From the human T2T-CHM13v2.0 reference genome, Homo sapiens, in the NCBI RefSeq assembly GCF_009914755.1, contig NC_060936.1: a stretch of DNA of 64,000 nt. One strand, written 5' to 3'. Positions 17,350-37,580 of this stretch are shown here, piece after piece (positions within the stretch are counted from its first letter, which is position 1; each line of letters opens with the position of its first letter). The notes beneath the pieces are model-generated. The model was not told the origin of the DNA, ran no database searches, and was given only the letters and a program-made list of their open reading frames with translations. A program made the translations under genes and the position numbers.

Positions 17350-18075
17350 TTTCCATCCATCAACCTGACCACCCATCCGTCCACCCATCTATCTTTTATC
17401 TCTCTATCCATCCATCCATTCCTCTATCCATTATTAGACTGTGTGTCTGTCCATCCATCAGTGTATCAATCCATCCATTCATCCATCCATAATCCATCCA
17501 TGCATTCATTCACAAGCCATCCACTCATCCATCCATCAATTCCTCTATCATTATTAGACTGTCTGTCTATCCATCCACATATCCATCTATTCATCTATAA
17601 TCCATCCATCCATCCACATATCCATCCATTCATCTATAATTCATCCTTCCATCCATCCGTCCATCCATCCATTCCTCTATCCATCATTAGACTGACTGTC
17701 CATCCATCAGTGTGTCCATCCATCCACATATCCATCCATTCATCTATAATCCATCCACCCATCCATTCATTCATCCATCCATTTCTCTATCCATCAATAG
17801 ACTGTCTGTCTCTCCATCCATCAGTGTATCCATCCATCCACATATCCATCCATTCATCTATAATCCGTTCATCCATCTATAATCCATTAATTCATCAATC
17901 CTCTGTCATTAGACTGTCCATTCATCAGTGTATCAATCCATCAATATATCCATCCATCCATCCATCTATAATCCATCCATCCATTCATACATTGATACAT
18001 TCATCCCTCTAGCCATCGTTAGACCCTCTGTCTGTCCATCTATCAGTGTATCCGTCAATTGACATATCCATCTAT
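17350..18075. repeat. (ATCC)n-derived complex minisatellite, about 6 units of 110-130 bp
   Basis: Recurring tagact(g) anchor near 17435, 17555, 17688, 17798, 17910 and 18020. Confidence 0.88.
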
Positions 18076-18596
18076 CCAGATTCCCTGATTTTCAGGGTCA
18101 CTCTGTATTGCTTGGATCTGAACTCTCTGTGTCGGGGTGGAGGGTGGCGGAATATTGAGGAAAGGGTAGGAAAGGGTAGGTGGGTCTGGACACACCTGTG
18201 GGTCACGAGAAGAGGCAGGTTCTGTGCCTGGGATTGGGAACCTCCGACTTCTGGGAAGTCTCTCTTAGAAGTGGGATGGAAAGTTGCACTCCTTTGAGCC
18301 ACAGGGGGGCAGCAAAGTGTCTCCTATGGGGAAGGCTGGCTCCGGGCAGGAGAGACCCTCTCCTTGGGTCCTCCTGGATGCTGCCTCTTGTGGGGCCCTC
18401 ACTCCAGCTGGGCATGCTGAGGTCCACACGGTTGTGGCATGCAGGAACCTTTTCCAACCCCTCACAGCTCTGCTGGGAAGCAAAGCTCAGAGAGTGCAGG
18501 GTCCGTGCAGCATCACAGGCCCTGGCAGAACCTGGATCCTGGCCCCCAGCGACGTCCTCTCTCCTGACTCATGTGGGCTGTGTGACCTTGGGCTAG

Positions 18597-19085
<489 letters not shown>

Positions 19086-20704
19086 TAACTCCAGACATAG
19101 CTCTCGCTAGCCAGGGACCACCACCGCCACCTCTGCCACCCACCAGCTCCAGAAACCCTCAGGAGCCAGCCCCATTTTCTTGGAGTCATGCTTTGTGAAT
19201 TCCCCGAATAGAGGAGACATTAAGAGCACCAGAGCTAGATGCAGCCAGACCTGAGCCTGGAATCCGCTCCTGCTTAGCAGCCTGGGCACCTTGAGCAAAC
19301 GATGCTCCTTCTCAGTGCCTCAGTGTCCTCATCTGTAACATGGGTGGTTGGAGGATTGTTACTGTGGACACGACATATCTAGTCTTTCAATAATTGTCCA
19401 TTCTTACTGTCTCCTGAGCATTCTTCCCCAAACAATGAGGGGAACTAGAATTTATTCATATATTGAGCACCTATAATATGCTATGGTCTTCAGCAGCTAT
19501 TTCATTTAATAACCCACGCGGTAGATACTATTATTATCCCCATTTTTGCAAACGAGGAACCTGGGGCATGGAGCAGTTGAGCCACTTAGCCTGGGTCACC
19601 CAGCAGTATGGGAGCCCCGATATGTGGAAATCTGAGGCTCATATATCTAACCACTCCGGCTCGTACACCTCCTTTCCTTTGCTTAAGCTCTGTCCCCTGC
19701 CTGCCGTGCCTGCTACGCTTCCGAATCCTATACATTCTTCACAGCCCAGTGTGAGTGCAGCCTCCTCTCTGAAGCCTCCCTGGATTGGTTCAGCCAGTGA
19801 TGATAGTCCCCCAACCCACGCTCCTCCAGGTGAGTCGCAGAGCCCACCTCAGCTCCAGGTGTTCTGTCTCCCAGCCAGGCCTCCCCACCCACGGTCTCGT
19901 GCTGTTGGCTCCCCTCCTGGGAGACTTGTCAGCTGCTGTTTGCTTCTCTCTTGGTCTCAACGAGTTGGAGATAAGAAGCCGAGGGGGCTGTTGACCCTGT
20001 CCAGATAACACATGTCAATTAACTCAGTTTAGCCCTTCCTGGTTGACACCCAAGGAATGCCGAGAGCAGGGATGAGGCTCAGGGAGAGAGCCAGGAGACA
20101 GGGGAGTGTTTGAAGCTGAGGCCATGCTGCTATGACTTATAGCAGGGATGGGTTCCAAAGGCAGAGGCTATTCCAATTCTGCCTCTGCCTTCTTGGCCTC
20201 TCAGCTGGGGAAATGGGGAGCAGGGACCTCTCTGTGTTTGTCTAGGCTGCATAAAAAACACTGCAAACTGGGCCATCAGGTGTGTGTGCCTGCCTGAGAT
20301 ATGACCAGCCTCCCACCCTAGCTGGGGTCCCTCTCCTGAGGCTGGGGGCCTCTTTGGCTCCCTGTGGCTTCTAGCAGCTGAGGCTCCCTGTGTCCCCTCC
20401 CCAGGATGACCCTAACACCTCCACCTCCAGGGGCCTCACCTCCATCTAGTCCTTCTTTCTAGTTTTAAAGCCAGGTGACAGGGAGGCTTGGAATCTTGCC
20501 TTTCATTCTGAGGTGCTCTCACCCCAGAGCTGGGCCCACACAGGGCAGGGACATGAGGAGGGGGATCCAGGGTCAGGCCTGGTCCTCCCCAACCCCATCC
20601 TCAGCCTTGGCAGGAGCCCAGTTCAGGGCAGAGTAAATTCCCCAGCACCTGCTGAGGATGGTCTGACTCTCATGTAGGGAAATGATGGCTCAGACTGACT
20701 TCGT

Positions 20705-21385
20705 GTCTTAGTCCATTTGGGCTGCTATAACAAAATGCCATAAATGGGGTGGCTTATAAACAATTGAAATGTATTGGTCACAGTTCTGGAGGCTGGAAAG
20801 TCCAAGACCAAGGTACTGGTCTTGGTGTCTGGTGAGGATTTGGTGTCTGGTGAGAACCTGTGCCCTCATCAACAGCCATCTTCTCACATTGCCCTCCCAT
20901 GGTGGAAGGATCTCTCTCAGACCTCTCTTATTTTTTTACTTTTATCTATTTTCTAGATGAAGTCTCACTCTGTTGCCCAGTCTGGAGTGCAGTGGTGCGA
21001 GCTCAGCTCATTGCAACCTCCTCCTCCTGGGTTCAAGTGATTCTCTTGCCTCAGCCTCCTGAATAGCTAGGATTACAGGCTCAGGCCACCATGCCTGGCT
21101 AATTTTTGTATTTTTGGTAGAGATGCGGTTTTGCCATGTTGGCCAGGCTGGTCTCGAACTCCTGGCCTCAAGTGATCTTCCTACCTCAGCCTCCCAAAGT
21201 GCTGGGATTACAGGTGTGAACCACTGTGCCTGGCCTCAGACATCTCTTATAAGGCACTGATGGTTTCATAAAGGTCCTCTCCCCATGACCTAATCACCTC
21301 CCAAAGCCCCCAGCTCCTAAAACCATGGGGGTCAGGGTTTCAACTGTGAATTTTGGAGGAACATAGACATTTAGACCACAGCACT
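20705..21385. mobile_element. MaLR LTR (MLT1/MST-like) interrupted by an antisense Alu (about 20935-21235)
   Basis: tgtcttagtccatttgggctgctataacaaaat MaLR terminus; Alu flanked by a tcagac(c/a)tctcttat duplication. Confidence 0.78.
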
Positions 21386-22447
21386 TTGTATCCTAAGTCA
21401 GCTCTGTGGTTGTGTGTGCACCCGTGTAGTTGTGTACCTGCATGCATGTGTGTTTGTGTCCATGAGTGCATGAATATTTGTGTGTTTATGAGGGAATAGA
21501 CACAGTAATTGAGGGCTGCTTGATTTCCCCCTCAATGTGGTGCTTCACATTGTTGCATTTGGGACTTGTGATGTAATCACTAGCCAGACATCAAACTTGG
21601 ATGTCTACAGTGAAGCAGCCTGGGGGCTAGACATTAAGGAGTGATGGGGACTGAGGCCAAATGGAGGGCTTATGCTCTGTCTAAAGAACTTAGCCACTAC
21701 TCAGCTCCAGCCAATTGCAGGCCCAACATAACACATCTCCCAATTTCATTAGTGTTCACTCAAAATCAAAGCCGTTTGGGAAATGCTGTTTGTTCCATTT
21801 GCTCATGTATTCATATAAAGGCTCTGACAAGTCCTGCAGGAAAGTCACTGAATCTGGGGGAGGAGCATGTGACCCCAACCTGAGCCAATCAGAGCATTAC
21901 ATTTTCCATGCTCATGGTGATTGGTTCAAGGGTGGGCCCCCGGAGCCAAGCTGTCCAATCAGAGTAGCCCTCGGAAGTTTAGCTGGGAATAGGGAGGCAC
22001 TCCTAGCTGTTCATTTCTGCAAGCCAATAAATGTCCCTTTCTGCACAAGCCTGGACCTCCTCTCATTTGAGACTTAAAGGATCCCGACGGATGGGGTACA
22101 CACTTCGTACATGTCTGCTGAATTGAATTGATTTGCTTTGAGCTGCCTGGATTTGAATCTTATCTCAGCTTGGCCCTCAGCAAAATGAGGGCAATCTTCT
22201 CTTTGGATCCACTTTTTATTTTTGCTCCCAGGAAGCTGGGAGTTCATGCCGTTTGCCCTTACAGGAAGAGCAAAGTAAAACTCAATGTCATATTGCTAAG
22301 GAGTTGGGTGGCAGTATTTTACGAAGATAGGGAGATTTTAAAAATCAGATTGGGTAAAAGTCTCTTTTGGAAGTGACTGGTGTAAATAATGGTTAGGGCT
22401 GGGGTAACCCAGAGACACCTCCAACATTTAAAATTCAAGCCTGTTAG

Positions 22448-22785
<338 letters not shown>

Positions 22786-23179
22786 CAGTTTCCTAATTTT
22801 CCATCCATCTTAGGGGCTTGGAAAGTTACTCTGAGTTGGAGCCTCCTGCCTGAGCTTCCTGGAGGCCTGGTAGAGCAAACATTGCTGATGGTGAGGGGCA
22901 TGGGGAGGTCCAGAGATGGGCAGCTTCTCACTTCAGGACACCTGGTGTGGGCACCCAAGGGTCTTCCCACTTGCCTGGTGGGGTGCTTTGTTCTCATGGG
23001 GACATAGAGCGATTGATTGGGGACCTCCATGTCCAGCTCCTCCGGGGCTTTCTGGGTCAGACTGGGCACCTCGTGTCCCATGGCAGGGGGATTTGGGAGA
23101 TCCATTCTGGACCTGCACACCTATTTCCATTACTTTGTGTTTCTGGTTCATTTCAGAATGAACGAATGAATGAGTATAT

Positions 23180-24740
<1,561 letters not shown>

Positions 24741-25444
24741 TACAATGAAGAATGAAGGAGTGGATGAGTGAGTGACTGTGGATGAGGAGGTACTCCAGGT
24801 GAGCTAAAATCTCTCTGCTCTGGGACAAGCTGCCTGGAGGACCAGCTCCAGACTGAGCTCTGTTTGATTGGGTGGCCCTGGGAAGGGCCCTGTAGGCTTA
24901 GACCAGGTCGTGTGGTTTGCATGAAAAGGCAACAAGTTTGGAGAAATTAAGAAGGTGAAGTCAACAAAGCTCAGTGATTGATTGGGAAAGGGGGTGGGCC
25001 AAGGGTGGCCACCAGGTTTCTGGCTTGGGCAACCATCTGTGCAGATGTCTGAGACGGGGGATCCAAAAGAAGGGAGTAAAGGGGGTTGGGGAATGAACAG
25101 CCTAGGGATCCATGCAGTCATTTATTTGGCAAATATTTATTAAGCACCTACTCTGTGCCAGGCACTTTTCTAGGCATAGGGATACAGCAAAAGCCCTGGC
25201 TTCAGGAGGCTTACATTCTAATGGAAAGAGACAGACAATGGCAAAGCCCCAAACAAAAATACACTGTGTCAGATACCGATAGGGGGTTTGAGGAAAGGTG
25301 AGACAGGATAAGGGGAGAGAGAATGGCAAGAAAGGGGTGGGGGGCTATTTATTGTGTTGGAATATTTTCAACAAATCCTAAGCATTACACTGTTTTACTC
25401 ATCAAGTATAGCAGTATGGATCTCTAACAGATTAGAAAAAAATT

Positions 25445-26230
<786 letters not shown>

Positions 26231-26916
26231 TATGCTGCGTTTGATTGCTCTATTTCTTACGTCTCTTAATCTATTACAGTTAGCTGAGAGAGAGTGATCA
26301 AAGAAGGCCTCTTTGAAAAGGTGAAGTTCGAGCTGAGGCTGGAAGGAGATGAAGGAGGCCATGCGGGGCATGCAGGGGAAACAGCATGTGCAAATGTCCT
26401 GAGGTGGGAACGTGCGAGGAGGCCAGGGTGGCTGCAGGGAAGAGGGTGAGGGGAGAATAGTAGAAGATAATAGAAGACAGACAGAGCACGGGAGGGGGGT
26501 GGGGGTCAACAGAAAGGATACCGGATCGTGAAAGGCCTTGCAAGGCTTTGGTTTTTCCTGAGCATGAGGGAGGTCCTGGAAGAGTTCAGCATGAGACATC
26601 TCCCCTGCCTGCCTCCCTCAGCCCTGTTCTCAGCCTTGATTTCCATCTCCTGTCCTGGGCATCCTTTGCCTCTGCAGTGGACATTACTGGTGCCCTCCAC
26701 TCCTGGATTCAGATCCTTTAACCAGGCAGGTGCAATCATCCCCCAGCTGCTGGGACGTGTTGGCTGCTAACAGACTTCAGCTGCACCCTGTCCAGAGAAC
26801 TGCCTATGGGGGTTGCCTTGTCCAGAGATGTGTGGGGTCACAGCTGCCTGAGGGTGGCCCACAACCAGTGACTGGCTAATACAGGCATATATTAATAAAA
26901 AGCACACCCCACCCTG

Positions 26917-27337
<421 letters not shown>

Positions 27338-28619
27338 TCAGGGTCCAGACTCCACCTGAACTTGCATCTGAGCCTGGCTTCCCCCCATCGCTCTATTCTG
27401 CCTCTTTCATTCCTTCTACTGGGAGCCCCCACTTAGTAAACCATGTGCCCAGAATCCCCATCTCAGCCTCTGCTTGTAGAAAACCCAGTGTAAATGAACA
27501 CTCTCCCCCTTACCCCTGTCCCATTGGCCTCTCTCTTCCCCGGTGTTTGTGCTTTTTAAACTCCACCAAAAATGTCATGGGCAGGTTTCTTGCTTTGCTT
27601 CTAAACTCCCTGATAAATTCCGCTGGCTGGGCAACCCCAGGAGAGGTTTATTGGAGCAAGAAACCCCATAAATCACCCCGCTGCCACTCCAGCGTGGGCA
27701 ATATCTTATGTAAAAAGGTGTTTCCTGGGAGCGCCACAGGCAGGAGAATCCTATTACAAGCCGCCCCATTAATTATAAAGAGTCAAGTCGATGCTTTCCT
27801 GCAATTTTTTATCTTAAGTCCAAAAACTGATTACCTTCACCAATGCTTCCCCCTCCAAAAAGATCTAAAAAATAAAATAAATGTTTGAAGAACAAATACC
27901 AAAGTTTCTCCTTTTAGGGTAGAGCCAGCAGAGAGAGAGGCGAATGAGAAAATACCTTTTTTTACTTTCTTTTAAGGTAAAAGTCAATGGGGACTTAGCC
28001 TGTGTGTGGCATATTTCTTTGACTACCTCAGCTCTTGGAGGTGGGTTCTATAAATTGGCCCATATTACAGATGAGGAAAACTGAGGTTAACCTGAAATTA
28101 CATGGTTGGCCCATTCTTCTGAGATGATGAGACGGGCAGAAAATAGGCCAGCCAGGTATATAAAAATCTGAGTTCAAATCCCACCTCTGCTCCCTACTAG
28201 CTAGGACCCTGAGCAGGTGCATTCACCTCTCTGAGCCTCAGTTTCCTTTTCTGCATAATGGGGAATGAAAGCATCCCTCAAAGGCTTCCAGGAGAGAAGA
28301 TGTGCCATTGTGCACACAAAAGACACCAACAGGCTCGTCCCTTATCTGAGGGAACCAGCAGCCTCCCCCCAGCCTCCTGCTGCTAGTCTTGAGGCTGGTA
28401 CCCCCAATTTAATTGCCACCCAGAAGCCAGAAGTCAGGGTAGTCTTTTTTGTTTGTTTCATCAGAGCCTTGCTCTGCTGCCCAGGCTGTAGTGCAGTGGT
28501 ATGATCATGGTTCATTGCGGTCTTGGACTCTGGGGCTCAAACAATCCTCCTGTCTCAGCCTCTGGAGTAGCTTGGACCATAGGTGTGCAACACCCCACCC
28601 CCTAGCTTATTAAAAAATT

Positions 28620-29805
28620 ATATATATAATACATGTAATATAATTATGTTATATGTAATATATTATATATAACACATATAATGTATAATATATAATGTAT
28701 AACATATAAAGTATAATATATAATATATTATATACATACATTATATAATATATAATATATGCATATTTTATATAATATATGCATATATTATATACATACA
28801 TTATATAATATATAATATATGCATATATTATATACATACATTATATAATATATAATATATAATATATGCATATTATATTATATATTATATACATACATTA
28901 TATAATATATAATATATAATATATGCATATTATATTATATATTATATACACACATTATGTAATATATAATATATTATATAATATATGCATATCATATTAT
29001 CTATAATATATGCATATCATATTATCTATAATATATGCATATCATATTATATATAATATATGCATATCATATTATCTATAATATATGCATGTCATATTAT
29101 CTATAATATATGCATATCATATTATCTATAATATATGCATATCATATTATCTATAATATATGCATATCATATTATCTATAATATATGCATATCATATTAT
29201 ATATAATATATGCATATCATATTATATATAATATATGCATATCATATTATCTATAATATATGCATATCATATTATCTATAATATATGCATATCATATTAT
29301 CTATAATATATGCATATCATATTATATATAATATATGCATATCATATTATCATATATAATATATGCATATCATATTATCATATATAATATATGCATATCA
29401 TATTATCATATATAATATATGCATATCATATTATCATATATAATATATGCATATCATATTATCATATATAATATATGCATATCATATTATCATATATAAT
29501 ATATGCATATCATATTATCATATATAATATATGCATATCATATTATCATATATAATATATGCATATCATATTATCATATATAATATATGCATATCATATT
29601 ATCATATATAATATATAGTACACGTAATATATAATATATGATATATGTCATATATTACATAATATATGACATACATTATATAATATATAATATATGACAT
29701 ATATATTATATATGACATATATATATGACATATATTATATAATATATATGACATATATTATATAATATATTATATATGTCATATATTGTATATATTATAT
29801 ATATT
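28620..29805. repeat. AT-rich minisatellite/VNTR with 25-bp and 28-bp units (ataatatatgcatatcatattatct)
   Basis: Period 25 from about 28981 and period 28 from about 29340, read directly. Confidence 0.95.
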
Positions 29806-29819
29806 TTTTGGGGGGGGCA

Positions 29820-30125
<306 letters not shown>

Positions 30126-30899
30126 TTATTTTTATTATTCAGCTTTTCGTGCCCCTCCCCTTCAATTTTGCACTCAAGGTGAGTACCCCACTTGTACCCT
30201 GGGCCATCCTTGCCGGGTACCCCTCCCATCACCCAGTTTCTCAATCTCATCACTCTGTTTTCCTACCATGATTTGAAGTTATTGCTCCCTTTCTCCTTTG
30301 GTTACTGTCTGTGTCCCCCCATAGAATATTAGCTCTGTGAGGACTGGGACCAAAATCTATTCTACTTACACGGAACCCAGGGAGTCCAGGGAGTGCCTAG
30401 TGTACACTAAGCCGTTACAAAACGTTTGCTGAATAATTGAATAAATGAACAAATGAGGAGAAAGTTCAGGAAGTCAGGCATCACCTTTCTTTTTTGTTTT
30501 CTTTTTTTAGAGAGACAGGGTCTTGCTCTGTAGCCCAGGCTAGAGTGCAGTGGAGTGATCATAGCTCACTGCAGCCTCAGCCTGAAATCAGACAAGTCAG
30601 AGGTCTGCACAACTTGGCTCCAGGGTCTTTGGTCCACTTTCCACCCACATACTTCAGATGAAGAGACTGAGGCTCAGAGAGGGTGAGTAACCTAGTCACA
30701 GTCACACAGCACAAACATGGCAAAGCCGGTCCCAAACTGAAAATCCCATGGGGCTGTATGGTTACTACAGAGAGAGCTCCAGTGACCTGGAGTGGTCTAG
30801 CTGGGGACCAGCTGTCTCTGAGTAGGCATATTCCGGAAATATCATCCCCCAACCCATATTGCCACCTAGGGTTTTGCCAGATCCCCATGTGTCATTTGT

Positions 30900-33940
<3,041 letters not shown>

Positions 33941-34629
33941 CCAGTCTTATTTTCACAGACCCTATAGTTTTTCGTTAGGCAGCATGGGTAATCTTGAAGT
34001 ATATTCTGAAAAGTAATAAACTGCATGTTTGTCCAGTAGGCTGTGAAGTTAGTCTTTGTTTTAAAAAATGTTTTAAGCACTTCCTCAAAGAAGAAAAAGG
34101 AATAGATAATAATGACAGCATCCAATGAATGACCATTGTCATGATTACTATATTATTAATATTATTTCATTTTTGTGTTTATTACTCAATGGCCAGCTCT
34201 CTAACAGGCACTGTGTGTAGACTATGACACATATGGCCTTATTTAACCTTTACGATGAAACTTGAAGTTAGATGTTTTTGTGCTGTTTTTATAGGGCCTT
34301 GCAAAGCTGAGGCTCAGAGATGTTGTGTACCTAATGTGAGGTCACACAGTCCCTGGTCTCAAGTTACTCCCAGCGGTGGGATGGAGACACAAACACAGTG
34401 TGGGTTGAGGTGTTGCAATGGAGGAAGACATGGACAGGAATGCTGCAGGTGCCCAGGAGGGCATCACTAGCTCAGCCAGCTACTTCCTCTACACTTACTC
34501 AGCTAGACCACAGAGTTGGAGATCTCAGCTGTTTCCAAACAAAGAAAATTTACACCATAAGGTTTTCCTGCAGTGAACAAGGGATCATGGAGAATCTGGG
34601 TGTGATTTCCAAGCCAATGCTCCAAAAAT

Positions 34630-34770
34630 AGAGTGTGCACACAGGTCCCCTAGGAGCTGTGCAACCTGTAGTGTGCAGTTCCGGAGTGGGGCCTGAAATG
34701 CTGCGTTTCTAACCAGCTCCCAGGTGATGCCACTGCTGGTCTGCGGACCACACTTTGAGTAGCAAGAGGT
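34630..34770. mobile_element. MER5A-like hAT DNA transposon fragment
   Basis: tttctaaccagctcccaggtgatgcc...ggaccacactttgagtagca. Confidence 0.7.
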
Positions 34771-37189
34771 TAGTAGATATGAATCCTGATCCCAACTCCT
34801 CTGTAAACTCTTTGTGGGACTTTAGGCCACTCTCTTGCCCTTCTTGAGCCTCAATTTCATTCCCTGGTCAGTTCTCTGAAGAATAAATGAATACCAGCTG
34901 TGGTGTCACTTCCTGTGTGCTTGTCAGAAAGCCATGAGCACCTGCTGGGGTGAGACATTTCCTCCCCAAGCTCCCAGGAACCCATCAGCAGGTGCTGGGG
35001 GGCAGGGGCAGGTGAGAATGGTTCTGAGCTCTGGCACAAAATTCAGAAAGAGGAAGCCAGAGGTGGTGCTGGCCTGGAGAAGCGGCTGGAGAGGTTTCCG
35101 TTCATCACAGAAATGGCCCATTTGCAATGATCGGTTACCCAGGTGTTAATAACGCTAATGGCATAGGAAGGGTAAACTTGGTCACTTGGCTGAACAGAAG
35201 AAATATGCAGAGAGGTGCTTGAGTTTCCATAAATCAGCCATGTGCAGCGCTACGAGGGAGGCAGGACTTAAAATTCCGGTCAGGAGATGGGTATTCTCAT
35301 AATCCAAGCTGGAGAGGTAATTTATTCTGTTTATATCTTTTTACTGCACGACAAGGCTTGGGAGCAGGCGCCCTCCACAGCCATTCTGCATTTTAAATAT
35401 TAGTCCTAAGCACAGTGGGTCAGCCCTCATGTTTTGCGGGGTGTATATCTTGGGGCAGGAGGACGGGGACAGGGACAGGGACAGGAGGAGAGCATGCATG
35501 ACGGGGGTTGGAGTACGTGTGGTTTAACTGTCCAGTGTTGGCCAGAATTATAGCCTAGGGGCAGCAAGGGGACAGGCGAGGTCCCCCTTTTTCCAGTGCT
35601 GGAGGGCACTGGCAGGAGAGCCTGGCTTGCCTCTTTGCCTGTATGCCCTGGGATGTTTTTTTCCTCTCAGAAATCTTTTATTTTTAAGAGATAATAAATA
35701 CAGGCGATGAAGATAGAAGGAGATGAGCAGATACGTTAATGGAGGAGGAAAGGGAGGAGGGCGAACATGGAGAAACCAGACGTCCTTATGTCTTCTGACC
35801 TTGGCAATGTTCATGATGCCCTCTGCTCTTCTGGCTAGCTTTGTTTAACCCGGGAGGGGGTTTTAAGCAAAAGCCAATGAGGTTATTCATTAAGCCCTTT
35901 CTTAAAGAATCCCTTTTTATAGTAGCTGAATTTTATTCATTCATTCATTCATTCATTCATTCATTCATTCATGTAGTTACTAGAATCTGCACTGGGCTCT
36001 GTCCTGGGTCCAGGGACAATGTGGGCTCTTGCAGCAAAAGTTCTCAATTCAAAACCTAGCTTTGCCACTCCCTGGCTGTGTGACTTTGGTCAGCTCACTT
36101 CATCTCTTGGGGCTCATTCTCTCCACCTGCAAAGTGGGAAGAACAATGCTTATCTCGAAGGGACGTTGTGAGGATTGGATAGGACTCTGACCAATGGGTT
36201 TGGAGACAGGTGGCATCATGTTGAGCAGTGGTCTTGCATGTTTGGGAGGTGCCAGAATCTCTTGGGGAGCTAAATGTGAAGCATCTTGGGCCCCACTCCA
36301 GAGGACAATTCAAGCCATAAGTGGTGGGACCTGGGGCTGCAATTTGCAGCAAGCATTGTCCTCCGATCATACTTTGAGAAAATGGTTGTGGATGCTGAAA
36401 GACAAACGTCTCTTCCCAACTGCTCCCCTTCCCCACCCAGCCTTTCTCAGGAACTGCCTCCTTAACAATGTGCACCCAGTATTATGGCTGTACACCTGCA
36501 GGGGCACTGTGCTAGTGTTGGGGTGGGAGAATGTCTCCTCCCAGAGCCCCTGGGCCCAGTAAGCACTTGGGGAGTTAAAATGAGCTCACGGGAGTGGGAG
36601 TGAATTTGGTGTGAATCAGGTCCTCTCTCTCCTCTTGTTACCCTCCATGGAAGCTGGTGTGTGTGTGTGTGAGAGAGACAGAGAGAGAGACATGGACATG
36701 GGGATGTAACCCAGGCCCTAGATTTCCTGAACCTTGGCGACAGGCTGAGTCACTTCTCTTCCATCCTCACCCTGTGGAGGAAATGATGTTGAGAGTCCAT
36801 TTCACAGGTGAGCACACTGAGACCCAGAAAGGGGACATAGTGACCAGAAAGGGGACATAGTGAGCAACCTCCAGTTCCTCAGCCAGGTAGTGTCCTGGAT
36901 CCCAGAGCTCCTGCTCTGTTCTGCCTCCATCCCATTCTCAGGTGACCTAGGCTGCCAACCCGCTTCACTTGTGAATACTCAGAGGAAGGAATGATGGGGA
37001 GTGTGTCCACAAGTACTGATCATGCAGAAATCATGGCATCCCTCTTGGAACCTGGCTTCTGGAGCCACCCTCAGAGATCTTGATGGGGCCACCCCAGGGT
37101 TATTTAAGTCCCTGACATAAAAGGGGACCTCTTCCTCTCCCAGTTCTCCCAGACTGAAGCTGTGAGTATTTAAGGGGCAGGTATATATC

Positions 37190-37580
37190 CTGTGTACATG
37201 TGTGTTAGCATGTGTGCAAGGACATGGTGTGTGGGTTTTTGTGTGTCCACAGGGGTTAGACATATTGTAGGTGTGTGCATTTGTGTACACAAGCCTGTGG
37301 GTGTCTGTTAATGTACATTTGTGTGCATATGTATGTAGATGTGTGCGCCTACCATTGTGCCCTTGTCTGTATTTGTATGTGTCTCTGTGTGCATGCACAG
37401 CTGTGTGTCCATGTGGCTGCTTTGTGTGTGTGTGTGTGTGTGTAAATCCATATGCCTGTGAACATGCATCAGTATATGCTTGTGTTTTTGTTCGTGTACA
37501 TGTATTTGCATGTGTAAGTGTTCATTGTGTGGGCCCATATGTAACTGTCTGGTGCGTGTGTGTGTGCATGTGTGTGCCTG
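37190..37580. repeat. Degenerate (TG)n low-complexity tract
   Basis: Read directly. Confidence 0.8.

Noticed and set aside
17329-18012. 227-aa ORF rich in SIHP
   Set aside because: Translation of the ATCC-derived repeat, with no ATG-led gene structure
28620-29805. Regularly spaced short repeats superficially like a CRISPR array
   Set aside because: Head-to-tail units with no unique spacers, in eukaryotic DNA with no cas genes
36824-36863. 20-bp tandem duplication (another at 62280-62319)
   Set aside because: Ordinary local slippage duplications within old MIR/L2-like sequence
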